Assembly: GCF_018977255.1 (NCBI RefSeq)
Contig: NW_024704742.1
Location: 49,664,001-49,728,000, forward strand
Length of the DNA: 64,000 nucleotides
Direction: 5' to 3'
Origin: Callorhinchus milii
Lineage: Eukaryota
A program made the translations under genes and the position numbers. This document shows, in pieces, positions 50,601 through 64,000 of this stretch (within the stretch, counting starts at the first letter, position 1; the number at the start of each line of letters is the position of its first letter). The notes under the pieces are model-generated. The model was not told where the DNA came from and ran no database searches. It saw nothing but the letters and a program-made list of their open reading frames with translations.

Positions 50601-52187
50601 GTAAACAGTAAGAGAAAGACAGAGGGGAGTCCTTGAGGCCCAGAAAGAACGAAGGAAGGAAGGAAGGAAGGAGAGCGGGACTGAGGGAGATAAAGTAGAA
50701 CTCCTGAAGCCAAGAAAAACAGAAGAAATGGTGATAGGAGAGCTTCTGAAATGGCTGCAAAAAGCTAAAAATCCATGACCGGCCTGGGAATTCATGCTGG
50801 GATCCCTCAGCTCAATTTGGTCAAGTCAGCCAAATCTGGACTTTGACCTCTTCCCTCAATCCTTCAACCTATGATAAGAACACGACATGATCAGAATATT
50901 TGAAGGCAATAGAGATACCAATTAAAAGTAAAACATTGATAAGGTGAAATGGATAACAAGAATTAATCCTCTTGCCCCAACAGGTTCTTTATATGATTAT
51001 TTAAAGGTGAATTGTGGTACTTCATCATGAAATATTTTTCTTTTTCTTTGTTAACATTTGGTGACACTCTAACCTCTGAGTCAGAAGGTTGTGGGTTAAG
51101 CTCTGCATTGTTGAAGTGCCATCCTTTGGATCAGACGCTAAACTAAGATCATATTCACTGTCAGACATTTCTGCGTTCAATTAGCTGCTGTCTTCACCGA
51201 CAAAAGAAACAGGCAGCACACTTTACAATAAAATCCTGCATAGTGCTTTGGGAGATCGCTACAACACGATAAGGTACTAAATCAAGTTATTATTATTTAT
51301 GCTAAGAGTCTAAAGTTGCCTGTCTTAGGAAATGTTTGCCTGCAGATTGTCGCACTAGGTGGTAAGTCATTGAGATACTGGCTTTACTCTGGTTTATTAA
51401 GCCGATACTCTGAGAGTTAAGCTGGTATTCCTGTGAACCAGCCTTCTAAAGCAGCACCTGATAAATTGAGAAAATACTGTTTAGCCTGTAGCACTGAAAA
51501 GTTATCTTTCACTGCACAGTCTCTCTAATTACTTTTTAAACACTCGATGAGTTGATTTTCAGCTGCAATACTAAAGGTAATTACTTCTAATTGAAACTGC
51601 GAAGGGAAGATTGCGGTTACCCACTGGCATGTATTTTGCCCACAAAATATACAGTCAATTCACTTTATAATATATTCTGTGAAGCACTTTGAGACATCTT
51701 AGCGTCGGGTTAAGGCGCTATGTCAAATGCAAGGATTATCATTATTATTGCTTGATACAGAGTTTTTTTTTTACACAAGAAGGTGTCAAGTGGAGGTTAG
51801 GCATCCCTCACAATAGATAGGAGAAAATCAGACTGATTTAGTTGGTAGCACTCTTACCTCTGAGTCAGAAGGTTATGGGTTCAAGTGCCACCTTGGGAAC
51901 TTGAAGTCACATAGTCTAGACTGATAGTTCAATGTAGTGCTGGAGTGCGCAGCATTGTTGGAGGTGGTGTCCTTTGGATGAGACATTAAACTGAAGCTCT
52001 TTATGCTTATCCAGACTCTGGATTGGTTAATATAATTGGGGTTGATGCCCTGCTGTTTCAATGGTAGATATCAGGAAGAAAAAATTGAGGTAATAAAACA
52101 TTGCTGATAATTGCTGAAACAAATTTATAAGAATGAAACGGGGCTTTTCCCCACACCTGGAATATTGCTCCACCCCTAGATGCTTCA

Positions 52188-52820
52188 ATAATAATCATTG
52201 CATAAGATAGAGCACCTTATCAAGTTGTTGAGACATCTGAAGTGTTTCGTAGGATTTAATAATAATAATAATCCTTACATTTGATATAGCGCTTTTCACG
52301 TCTTCTAGACGTCCCAAAGCGCTTCACAGAATATACTGTAAAGTGAATTGACTGTATATTTGTGGGCGAACGCGGCAGCCAATTGCGCACAGCAGTGTCA
52401 CACAAACAATCGTAGATTGAAAATGACCAATTTATTATTGTTTTCTTTTTTTGGAGGGATTATTATTAGGCTCTGTGTGGAGTAAGGAAACTTGCCCAAG
52501 GTTTTGCCCTGTCTGGAATTGAACTCAGGTCTCTCGCTTGCAAAGCGAGTGCTCTAACCACTGAGCTACAGGACTACCAACTGTGAACTGTGAAGTATAG
52601 TTATTGCATATTTTGTAGGCAACCAGACAACCAATTTGTGCACAGCAACAGGAGCTCAATTTTACATCTCATTCGAATCACAGCACCTCTGACAATGCAT
52701 TACCTCCCCCAGCACTGCACTGAAGTATGAGCCTATTCTGAGAATTCAAAGTCCCAACCTGGGGTTTGAACCCACAATTTTCTGACTCAGGGGCGAGAAT
52801 CCTACCACCTAAGCCAGCCT
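52188..52820 (-). mobile_element. Old SacSINE1-like SINE with a young full-length short-variant SINE nested at 52258-52578
   Basis: The old tail at 52188-52257 resumes at ~52586. The nested copy closely matches 1444-1760 and 4349-4673. Confidence 0.9.
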
Positions 52821-53552
52821 TGTCCTTCCATCACGTTTTTCTTCTTTTTTTCTTCCAGGTGTTTCAACTTGACTGTGCTTTTTAACTTGATAAACAATTT
52901 ACACTTTAAAGGTTTCATGTTATGTATATTTTTCCGCTCTCCCCTCCTTAGGGCACTGAACTGCATTTTGCAACTCACATAACATTTTCCCATCTATTTG
53001 GGTTGGAAATTAACACTTCAATAAACTATCTATTTTAACACAATTTGCTTTGCATTTTATAACTTTATTTTATTCCCAAGTGACCCTGCTGGTTTGCAGA
53101 TAACAAAGTGATGCTTTGTCCATGACTGATAGATCCCGTACTCCAGTTAACTGTCAATTGGTTTAAAATGTACATTGATGACAGAATCTGTGGATATAAA
53201 TAGAATAGTATCTCATTCAATTCAGAGTGCTCCTAAACTGTGCATGAAATGTGATGACGCTTAACACTTCTGCTTGCCCCTTCGCTTGGCTACCTCAGGT
53301 CAATTAACCGTACAGTATATTCTGTGCAGCGTTTTCAGATGTCTCGAAGATGTGATAGTGCACTCTATAAAATGCAAAGATTATTATTATCAATCAGACC
53401 TAAAAACCTACATCTTTGACCATGCATACGCTCACTGCCAGCCCCTTCCCCCTTTTCTGTTTCTCAGTGACCGACCCCCACCTTTGTGAAGTGCTCTGAG
53501 ACATTATCTTACATAAAGGACGCAAGTTAAATGCAAATTGTTGCAGTTTTTG

Positions 53553-54145
53553 TTAGGGGTTTAGGTCGCAGAGGTAGAGGGGTGCAAGGCCATGGAGGGC
53601 TTTGAAGGTGATGGCAAGGATCTTGAACTGTATCCTCAGTGTGCTGGGAAGCCAGTGGAGTTAGGCGAGGATGGGGTTGATAGGATCATGGAGCCTGATG
53701 CGGAAGAAAACATGGGCTGCAGAGTTCTGGATGATCTGCAGCCTATGGAGAGAGGAGTTGGGGAGGCTGACAAGCACAGAGTTTGCAGTGTCAAGCCTGG
53801 ATGTTATGAATCCGTGTATGAGGGTTTCAGCAGCCTGCGTTGTTGGACAATAGCAGAGCCGGGCGATGTTGTGGAGGTGGGGGAAGGCAGAGCGGGTCAT
53901 GATACGGATGCGGGGTAGAAAGGATAGTTGAGGGTCAAACAAGACTCCAAGGCTCTGGACTGGCTCAATAAGGTGGAGTGTGCAACCATGGATGGTGTTG
54001 CTGTCAGTGCCTGAGGTGTGGAGGCGCTGACAGGAACCAATCAGGAGAGCCTCGGTCTTTTGATGTTCAACTGAAGAAAGTTAGTTCTCATCCAGGACTT
54101 GATGTCTGACAGACATTCTGTCAGCACAGCAGTGGTCCTGGAGTT
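53553..54145 (-). mobile_element. L2 ORF2 internal fragment
   Basis: FDPQLSFLPRI..HLHNIARL..FITSRLDTANS..IQNSAAHV (ORF 53661..53942). Confidence 0.92.
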
Positions 54146-55184
54146 AAATTTGTAAAGCGCCTTTCACGTCAGGAGGATGTCCGAAGGTGCTGGGAAGATA
54201 AGTAAGTTACTGCTTACCTTCCCACAAACCAAAGAAGAATATTTTTTTGAATTTATTGTTGTGGCTCTGAAAAGGTGAAAAACTGAGTGGATCCACTAGG
54301 ATGTAAACCGAGATATTCCAGTCCCATATCATGAGCTTAATTGACTCATACAATGCTTGATAAGAGTCACCTATTGACAAGAAATAAAATAATGTTTAGT
54401 GTCACAAGAAAGTTCTTCCAAGATATTTGGTCACATTGAGTTTCATTTTGTCTCAAAGTTTCTCTCAAGTTTAATCATCACTCTGTACATCAGAGTCTGC
54501 ATTCTTACATATGTTCTGTAAGCCTGATAGGATTCAACACTCTAGAATGTAGTTAATTTACAATAACAACTGTCAAATTGCACTGATAATGCCCTTCATT
54601 TGGGTAATTTCTCACAGTGCTTTACCCGGGCTGGGATTAGACTCTGAGCAAGGGAATGGGTGAGCGGACGGTGGTCATGGGTGAGCGGAAGGTGGTCATT
54701 CAAAGAAGTAGGGACTTACAGAGACTGGGTGAGGCAGAGAGGTCTTAAATATTTCAGAATTATGTGACTTTGTGTCTTGTTTACAGCTGTCATGCCCTTA
54801 AAATGTGATATTTGCCTGTCCTTTGCTAATTATTAAATATCTGAGGTCTATTCCTGGGAGGGATGCCAATATGTTAATTTTGAAGCTTTGCTACAGTTCT
54901 AACATAATCAGATGACATTTACAGAATTCCCTGCTTGGCAACGGAGAAGCCTACAGCATAGATCTTTCCAGGAGAGAAGACATCTCTGTCAGGTAAACTA
55001 AATTATATCAATGTATTATACAGAGTATCAGTACAGTGTTTCCCTCAAATCAAACATGCAGTTTGACAAACACAATATACAAACTGATGCTGAGTGGTGT
55101 TTAATGATCATGAATGATGTCATACATAAAGCACCATCTTAACGTTTAGGAATGAGGAATTGATTCAGTCAATATATAAATAGA

Positions 55185-55480
55185 GAATAATAATAATGTT
55201 ACAATTGATATAGCGCTTCATCAAGTTGTTGAGATGTCTTAAAGTGCTTCACAGGATATATTGTAAAGTGAATTGATTGTGTATTTTGAGGGCGAAATGC
55301 GGCAGCCAATTTGCGTACACCAATGTGTCCTGGAGTAAGTGACCAATTTTATTTGGGGGTTTGTCGACCCGGACACCAGGAGAAAGAAACTCCCTTTTCT
55401 TTTCGAATAGTGCCCTGGGATATTTAACATCCACTTGAACAGGCAGACAGCACCATGATTTAACATATCATCCAAAGGAA
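55185..55480 (-). mobile_element. SacSINE1-like SINE fragment
   Basis: Tail, Deu core and the GAACAGGCAGACAG body. Confidence 0.85.
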
Positions 55481-57459
55481 GTAGAAGGGAATAGCAAGAC
55501 TCAGGAAGGGGATAGGAAGAGGGATTAGGTGAGGTGGAGTATAAACTTGGAACAAATCATTAGGGCTGAACTGAATGGTCTGTTTCAGTCCTCTAGAATC
55601 TACGTGAATCTATGTAATATGTACAAATAAATCCAATAACAAGAATACACTTTCTTCACCTGTTTGTGAGATGTTGCTATAGGCAAATTGGCTGCACATT
55701 TGCCTACAAAATAGTCACTGCATTTTACAATAAAACTTGCAAAGCAATTTGAGACATCTGAACTTGACGATAAGGTGCTTTATCAAATGCAAGGATTATT
55801 ATTATAAGCAGCAACGACAAACACTGATCTTCAGAAATCCTTGCAAAATTATCTTATTGTAAATTGTAGGAAAGCCAACATTCACTTTTATTACTTGATG
55901 GTATATGTTCTGTACAATACAAAACTGGTTATATTGTGCAGTGCCTTTGAGGTCATCCTAATCTACGTCCAACGCATATAACAGAATTCTTCAATTATAT
56001 ATTTGTAGTTACTATAAAACATTGCATGATCATCATGGCAGGAGGAAGGAATGCAGCACACAAATACTGAATGAGTGGCTAAATGGTATATATAACATTG
56101 TTGTTGTTGTTGAACTGAAAAGGATTGATCTTGTAAAATGTTAAGAATCCAAAAAGTCAGAAAAAGAGCAAATAAAAGACAACAGTAATTTAATTTTAGA
56201 ATTAAATCTGTCTGAAAATCTCAGGTATTTGTTTTTAAATCCTCTAATGGTCTTTGCATTTTAATACATAACCTTCACCACAAAAAAAATCTTTCAGCTC
56301 TTTGGCTTGGATGGAATTCTCATTTTCTGTTGAACTGAGCATCGTATTAATTTGCTGTTTATCAAGAAAAGCTTTCATCATTCTAAATGAGCCTTTTTGG
56401 GAGTATTTTATCTAGTCCACTGCTCAAAAATGTACTTTTAGTGGGCAAAGGCACGGATAACATATTTCGATTGTTGATAGGTACTCTATTGAAATGCATT
56501 GCATGTATGTTCAGTCTGCAGTACATATTTTTACAGCACTCTGTGCAGCTAGCCTGACTAACAAAGAACAAAACTTCCCTCTATCTAAAATACCAATGTA
56601 AATAAAAGTTCTTCACACTGCAGTGTTAAAATATCTATTTTAGAGGTATGGAAATATGTGCCATGTGCTGAATATTTAAATCGTAATAATAATAATTTGA
56701 AGCATGCCAAGCGTAGCATACTTGGAAAAACTAGGCAATTTTGGATCTAAGGTTCGCAAAGCATTCCAATGTGATGGTAGACTAATCCATACAGAATTAA
56801 TTGCTATCAACATCTTTATTATTTTAGCAAAGGATGGCAGAGGGGGGTTAGATAGAACTTGGTCTTTTTTCGTCTTGCATTTCCCATGTTCCTTTGTTCC
56901 TATGCTCCTACTAATCCTTGCGTTTGATATAGTGTCTTATCATGTCATCCAGACATCTCAAAGTGCTTCACAAAACATACTATAAAGTGTAATGACTGAG
57001 AATAAATAATGAGAACATTGATTTTTATTATCTTAATCATTTGTGACAGTGCTTGATTGTTGTGTTCCTCAATGATGCAATGGGGGAAGATGTACAGTTG
57101 TGCACATATACATGTACAGTAGCGGAGCATGGCACCGAGCCTGGGAAAGGCGGGAGGTGACCGTAGGTATGGTCGAAGAGGAAGGTCTTCAGACGTGACC
57201 TGAAGATGGGGAAGGTGGCGAGATAGAGGGAGAGTGCTTCGAGTGGCTAAAAGTGTGGCCTCCGATGGTGGAACGGAGAGCACGAGGGACAAGCAGGAGG
57301 CCAGAGCCAGATGAGTGGAGGCAGCAGGTAGTGGGTTGGAAAGTAAGCAGGTCAGAGAGACAGGGGTAGGGTGGTCCTAGCTAGAAAAGCAGCGAGAAAG
57401 CTTGCTGGACAGCAATATCAATGGAAAGCTGTGCGGTTTTCGTTGGTTAGACTTTGGCA

Positions 57460-57655
57460 TTTGCCAACCTAATAGTTTCCGGAATTAGGTAAGCAGGATG
57501 TGTCCCTCCAGGGAGAGAGTACACATTCCATTCCAACAAGCTATCGCTGGGATTTCAATGTGTAGGTGGGATGCATGGAAATCTCAGCTTGGCTTGGATG
57601 TTCTTAAGCATAGTGATGGGTTTCTGCATGTGTCAGACACTAGCTGACCAAAAAA
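57460..57655 (+). repeat. Unclassified interspersed repeat, copy 4
   Basis: TTGCCAACCT..TTAGGTAAGCAGGATGTGTCCCTCCAGGGA..ATGTGTAGGTGG..TTAAGCA..CTGACCAAAAA. Confidence 0.7.
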
Positions 57656-58502
57656 AAATAATAATACTACATTCTGTCAACAATAGATATTTTGATCTGC
57701 TGTCAAGTGAATAATTCAAATGTCTGGTAGGAATATTGTCTTAGTTACTCCAAAGAAAATATCACATTGAAGGTTGGTGCAATTTCAAATCAGAAAGTTA
57801 CTCATATATATTTGTACAGACTCTGCACTAAGCTCACACTAAAGGAACATGATTAAATTCAAACTGGCAAAAAATGTGAGAACTTAACTTAAAGAAATCT
57901 TCAGGTTTAAAGTCCAATTCCAGGAAATAGTCAACTCAATGTGTAATTTCAGAGTCTTAACATTGGTTTAGAGTGATTTAAACAGTGTCCATTTCAACTC
58001 TTCAATTTTTCTGTTGTTAGCAATAAATTTTCAGCATCGCGATATGTGAGGTGAAAACTGAAACGCAATGGCAGAGAATACAGAAGCTTTGTAGAAATTG
58101 ATAGTCTAAATGGAAGATAAACATTCTGGTTTTCACTGTACAGTAAGTGGGTAGTATTTCATTATAACAGGTGCGTGGTAAGTGGACAGTGCCTCTTTGT
58201 ATACATTTGTCTGAACAGGCTGAGATTGTCCAGATTAACACAATTTGTTTGGATTGCTCATTTGGGGATTTTACAATAAAGGCATGTGTTTTTTTAAACA
58301 TGAAGGAAGGCCATCATGGAGAATACTGACTTAATTGGGGAATGGGGAGAATAGACATTGAGACTGAACAGAAAGTTCAAGATCAAGGAAAGTAGATGAA
58401 TATCTGTGGTCTGGGATTTGGATTTCTGATCTTTTCAGATCGAAACACATGAGTTAAAAACATGTTCCTCGGGAAAACGGCAGCTTACTGGAAATTTCCG
58501 TG

Positions 58503-58845
58503 TGGAGTCCCGTAGCATTGTTGTTAGCATGCTCACCTTGAAAACAAGAGGACCCAGACAGGGCGAAACCTTATGCAAGTCTTCTTACTCCACACGCCTG
58601 TTTACCAAGCAGTAAGTAGGAACCCGGTTATCAGTCGATTGGCGGATTACTTTCCAGGAGTAATAATCCCTCAAAAAAAATGTGGTCACCCAATCAACGA
58701 CTGTTTGTGGGATGCTGCTGTGTGCAATTGGAGTCATGATTCGCCCACAAAATACATATTTACTTTACAGTATATTCTGTGAGTGTTTTGAGACATCTCA
58801 ATGACATGATAAGGCGTTATATCAAATGCAAGGATTATTATAATT
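58503..58845 (+). mobile_element. Full-length tRNA-derived Deu SINE, long variant
   Basis: TGGAGTCCCGTAGC head, AGTAAGTAGGAACCCGG block and tail. Confidence 0.9.
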
Positions 58846-59464
58846 AGTTTACATATGTGAGCCACCCAAGCCATTTTATTCTTGTTGTTCTCTGTATAGG
58901 GAAAATTAATTTAATTTAGTGTGAACTTTAAAGGAATCTTTAGAGACAATGGAGCTAAACCTGTGTAAATATCTAACCTGGTTAGGCTTTTTAGTATATG
59001 AATTATGTATGAGTTTTCTCATAAAATTCAATACACTTTACATTTCAATCTGGATGATGTGTTGAGTCAAGTGAACCATCAAAGTTCAAAGCTTTATAGT
59101 AGTTATGAATAAACAGTTATCAGTAACTGCTTTCAGCCTGTCTTAAAATAACACAAGCTTAGTTTTTAATCAGCTGAAGAGCGGTATAGAATTTGCAGGA
59201 TGTGCTAACTATATGTAAACACATGTGTAAAGAGAGAGTAATAAATGCCCCTGGATTGGAGAATAACAATCAATGAATAAGATTACATAATCACTGGCAA
59301 TTATTTTATTATTTGTTGATTAGATCATTCACCATGGTTTTACACATGGTTGGCACATTTTACAGGTATCAGACTATTGTACATTGAGGCTAAAGAACAA
59401 AACATGCCTAATATTTCAAATGATATTGCAGTTACATAAGGTGTGCTCCTGTTACACTGGATGA

Positions 59465-59757
59465 ACAAGAACAACAATAAAATTACATTTGTATAGCTCC
59501 TTTCACGTCGGAAGACATCTAAAGATGCTGGACAGTCAGTATTTTGGACCCGAGCTGGGAGTCGGGATTGGGGAGGGTGGAAGGCAGAGGGGGAAGGAGG
59601 GTGATTGAAAGCACGGTTGAAGAGGAAGGTCCCGAGATGGGTCCTGAAGGAGGCAAGGGAGGGGATGAAGCAGAAAGACTGCCGGATGGAGCTCCGGAGT
59701 GTGGGGGCGAAGTCCCACCCGCCAATGGTGGGGCCGGCGAGGCGGGGGTCGTGAACC
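59465..59757 (-). mobile_element. L2 3' fragment
   Basis: PTIGG..SLASFRTHLGTFLFNRAF plus tail. Confidence 0.9.
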
Positions 59758-59791
59758 TTCTCCCACAGAACACAACATAAAGATCCATTAC

Positions 59792-59843
59792 CATTTATTT
59801 CTATGTTTACAAGCACTGGTTGGCTGCACACGCAATCAGTGAT
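59792..59843 (-). CDS. Candidate 52-nt internal exon (ITDCVCSQPVLVNIEIN+G, phase 0 to 1)
   Basis: CTAAT branch-like site, acceptor CTATTTCTGTCTTTCCAG|ATC, donor AATG|GTAATG and an open frame, in a unique island between two L2s. Confidence 0.45.
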
Positions 59844-60183
59844 CTGGAAAGACAGAAATAGCACAGCAAGTGTATTAGCTGCCCTGTAGTAATCTACAGA
59901 ATCCATGAATGGGTTTGTAACAGAATGAGCCCATTTCACGGGAAGCTGATTGTCAAAGCTTATCCATTGTCAAATTGCTAACTGTGATTAGGAAGTGGCA
60001 AATACACAACAAATCTCTTATAAAAGGGGAAGCAGGAATAAATTGTGAATAATTATTTTCAGTTAGCTGTTAAAACTAAATAAAAAGTGACATATAATTT
60101 GTGTTGTATATGCATTACATAACATATAAATTATGTATAACTATTGGTCCCCACGTTGGGACTATGAATTCATAGTTTCAAGA

Positions 60184-60955
60184 CAGTCAGGAACCTAGGT
60201 GTCTTGTTCGACCCTCAACTGTCTTTTTTTCCCCACATCCAAGCCATGACCCGCTCTGCCTTCCCTCACCTCCACAATATTGCCAACTCTGCCACTACCC
60301 CACCCCTCAGGCCGTTGAAACTCTTGTTCATGCCTTCATCACCTCCAGGTTCCAATATGCAAACCCCCTGCTTGTCGGCCTTCCCAACTCCTCCCTCCAC
60401 AGGCTGCAGATAATCCAGAACTCTGCAGCGCATGTCCTCTCCTGCACCAAACTCCATGACCCCCATCTCCCCCACTCTCGCCTGACTCCATTGGCTCCCT
60501 ATCCTTCAGAGGATCCAGTTCAAGATCCTGGTCCTCACATGCAAAGCCCTCCATGGCCTCGCCCCACCCTACCTCTGCGACCCCCTAAGCCCTACCAACC
60601 CGCCCGCTCCCTCCGCTCAGCCGGCTCTGGCCTGCTCCACGTCCCCAACCCACCCGCCCCACCATTGGCGGGAGAGCCTTCAGCCACTCTGCTCCCAACC
60701 TCTGGAATTCCATCCCCCAATCACTCCGACTCACCCCCTCCTTAGCCTCCTTCAAGTGCCGCCTCAAAACCCTCCTCTTCGACCATGCCATCGGCCACCC
60801 CCTTTCCCTACTGTCCCTACTTTCCCCTCCCCTCCCTTCTCCCTCCCTGACCCCAGCTCGGGTCTGAAATGCTGTACATTGTCCAGCACCTTGGGACGTC
60901 CTCCCGGCATGCATGAAAGGCGCTATACAAATGTAATCTTGTTGTTGTTGTTGTT
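60184..60955 (+). mobile_element. L2 3' fragment
   Basis: VRNLGVLFDPQLSFFPHIQ through to the (TTG)n tail. Confidence 0.93.
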
Positions 60956-60959
60956 TCCT

Positions 60960-62220
60960 AGGCTGATACTCTTATGCAGTGCTGGGGCATGCTGTATTGA
61001 TGGAGGCTCAGACAAAATGTTAAACTGAGGTCTCGTCTGCCTGTTCAGGTGGTTGTTAAAGATCCCTATTTGAAAAGTGAAAGAAGTTTCTCCTAGTGTT
61101 CTGGCCAACAGTTTTCCAGATAAAATTGGGCATTCATTTCATGGCTGTTAGCTTCATGCTGGGACATTGCTGTGTGCAAATTGCATGCTGTGTCCACATG
61201 CAAATACAGTCACTTCACTTTAAAGAAAATATAAAAGGCTTTGAACCATTTCAACAATGTGCTATATTGAATGCAAGGATTAGTATTATTATATTATAAA
61301 ATGTGATCTCTATCAGTTGTAGAACTGTTAAATACCACATTTTATAATACAATAATAATCAGCTATATTCCGGGTTTATAGTGGAAATCCCACGATAAAT
61401 GTTGTGGAGTGCAAAACAAGTTAGCATAGAACACATTAAATCCCATAGATCTCATTTATCTTCCTGGTTATGACTTATCTATGGTTCCAGCTATTCAAGA
61501 ATCATAATACAATTAACAGTTATATTGCAGACAGCTGCTGCAATATAACAATGAGTTTTTAATTTTGCACCTTCAACATGTGCCATACATAAAGTTAATA
61601 TCCTTTGGGTCTAACAATACATGTTGACATTTTGAGTAGCAATTTCAAATATATGCCTTCAGATGTCTTTACCAATGCTGTGATCTTAATACCTCAAGCC
61701 TTGTAGAACACTCTTACTGACGTCTGTAACCCCCAAGGAAAGATTTGGTACTACCAGGGCCTTTTGACAGCAGCCCAATATAAAACATTGTTCATCAAAT
61801 AGTTTATGTCTGCAAATTAAAATAGCACCTGTCCTTCAGATGATATGTTGAACCAATGAACATGCCTAGGCTGACACTTCAGTTCAATGCTGGGATATCA
61901 CAGCATGTCAGAGGCACTGTCTTTTGGATGAAATGTTAAAACTGAAATCCTGTCTGCATGTTCAGATGACATTAACGACCCATGACACTGTTCTAAAAGT
62001 AAGGAAATTTCTTCCAGTATCCTGGCAATAACTCCCAGATAAAATTGATCATTCATAGCATGCCAGTTTGTGGAACATTATTGTGTGCAAATTGGGTGCT
62101 GCATTCACCTACAAATACACAGTCACTAACTTTATAGCATATCCTGTCACGCTCCTTGAGACATCCTCCTGATATAAAAGAAGCTATATCATATGCAAGG
62201 ATCTTTATCATTATTATTGT
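60960..62220 (+). mobile_element. Two SacSINE1-like fragments (~60960-61295, ~61865-62220)
   Basis: GGCTGA(C/T)ACT..GTCTGC..TTCAG.. body, Deu core and tail in each. Confidence 0.8.
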
Positions 62221-62277
62221 AACTGTAACAATAATGAAAACCATGGTCCTGCCATTATACATTAAAAGTACAGCAGA

Positions 62278-63780
62278 ACAATAACAAATTGCATTTATAT
62301 AGTGCTTTCACATTGGGAGGATGTCCCAAAGCGACAGTGAAAAGTTTGCATCTGAGCTGTGAGCTGGAGTCTAGAGGGATGTAGGGCAAGGAGGTGGGAT
62401 GATGCCAGAAGGCACGGTCAAAGAGGAAGGTCTTAAGACAGACCTCGAGGGAGGCAAGGGGTGGGGGAGGGGTAAGGCAGAGGGGCTCCGGGATGGAGTT
62501 CCAAAGTGTGGGGGCAGAAAGGCTGAAGGCCCAACTGCTGATGATGAAGTAGGCAGGGCGGGGGACACAGAGCAGAAAGGATGAAATTCTTATTTGCTAT
62601 ACATTGAATTTCTCACACTTCTAAATAATTGTAATTGATATAAAGGCAAATTCCAATATTTTAGTTACAGAGACTGGAATTTGGGGCTAAAATGTCCCAA
62701 CACAAAGGAAGATGTTTGGCTGAGATCCTCACAGGTTCTTGTAGATTGTATAATAACAAGATTGTAAATGGTATATTATTATCAGTACATTATGCATATA
62801 GCACCATATCATGTCATGAGAACGTTTCAAATCGCTTCACAGAATTTACTATAACGTGTAGTGACTGTGTATTTGTAGATGAATGCAGCAGCCAATTTGC
62901 ACAGAGCAATGTCCCACAAACAGCCATGAGGTGAATGACCAATTTTCTTTGAGGAAACACTTTAAGTTATGTTTTAGACATTGGCTTAGCTACGTCCTCT
63001 CTTATACTAGGTTCTTCGACCCTATCACCCCCACCCTGCCCTACTCCACTGGTTTCCCATCACACAGAGGATATAGTTCAAGATTCTGATCCTCACTTTC
63101 AAAGCCCTCCATGGCCTTGTTTCTCCCTATATCTACAACCTCCTAACCCCTTACCAACTTGCGCGCTCCCACTGCTCGGCGGGCTCCAGCCTGCTTGACG
63201 TCCCTGCTTTGCCCGCCCCACCATTGGCAGGAGGGCCTTCAGCCACTCTGCCCCCACCCTCTGGAACTCCTTCCCGCAGTCCCTCCGTATCGCCCCCTCC
63301 CTTGCCTCCTTCAAGACCCATCTCAAGAACCCCCTCTTCAATCATGCCTTCGGTCATTCACCTTCCTCCCCTGCCCTCCACCCTGCCCAATCCCGACCCC
63401 CAGATCGGGTCCGAAACACTGATTGTCCACTACCTTGGGACGTCCTCCCAGTGTGAAAGATGCTATACAAGTGTCATTTTGTTGTTGTTGTCCTGGTATA
63501 TATTTGCAGTCAACAACAACAAGATTATATTTGTATAGCGCCTTTCACGTCGGGAGGATATCCCAAGGCGCTGGACAGTGTACAGCATTTCAGACCCGAG
63601 CTGGGGTCAGGGGGGAGAAGGGAGGGGAAGGGAAGGGTGGTGACCGATGGCATGGTCGAAGAGGAGGGTTTTGAGGCGGGACTTGAAGGAGGCTAAGGAG
63701 GGGGCGAGGCGGAGTGACTGGGGAATGGAGTTCCAGAGGTTACGGGCAGAGTGGCAGTCAAGTTCCAGAGGTTGGGGGCA
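62278..63780. mobile_element. L2 3' fragments: - 62278-62575, + 62990-63490, - 63510-63780 (SINE piece at 62790-62950)
   Basis: Each has an SLASFKxxLKTLLF-type end, a tail hairpin and a TTG-rich end. Confidence 0.9.
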
Positions 63781-64000
63781 ATCAAAATCACTAGAACAGG
63801 ACATAAAGAAACTTCATCCATCATCATCACATAATAACAACCTATAGTCAGTGCAGCCAAATATCATTTGTTTAAATTAAAGTGCATTGAAATTGATTTA
63901 AAAAAAATCAAAATGAAAAGAAACAAAAAAAAGAAGCTTTATTTCAGGATACCTTTTGTACTTTCTCAAGCATTAATCGGCTTGCTAACCTCCACTGGCT

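Noticed and set aside
54656..54697. 21-bp tandem duplication as a regulatory repeat
   Set aside because: It lies inside a degraded L2 3' end and is an ordinary local duplication.
59340..59939. 199-aa ORF
   Set aside because: It is a read-through of intron, the 52-nt candidate exon and an L2 fragment.

Overview
Vertebrate genomic DNA, probably a cartilaginous fish (chimaera/shark-like). This is inferred from the repeat content: abundant L2 LINEs, tRNA-headed Deu-domain SINEs including a SacSINE1-like family, and CR1. Near the left end, a CpG island (~3350-4345) holds the promoter and 120-nt first coding exon of a minus-strand gene encoding a probable mitochondrial targeting peptide; I could not name the gene. 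Just upstream on the same strand lie the apparent terminal exon (acceptor at 7747) and 3'UTR of a second unnamed gene. The remaining ~56 kb looks like intronic sequence of that second gene, with a few small candidate exons (best: 59792-59843). It is densely filled with 5'-truncated retroelements, with unique enhancer-like stretches between them. Most ORF-track hits are retroelement frames or noise. The most interesting signals are: a SINE/L2 shared 3' RNA hairpin with compensatory base changes and a variable loop; modular SINE head swapping; an unclassified four-copy repeat; an RTE-clade relic; and a CTCF site with its upstream motif. I found no new protein-coding system, CRISPR array or true RNA gene. 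Boundaries of degraded repeats are approximate.
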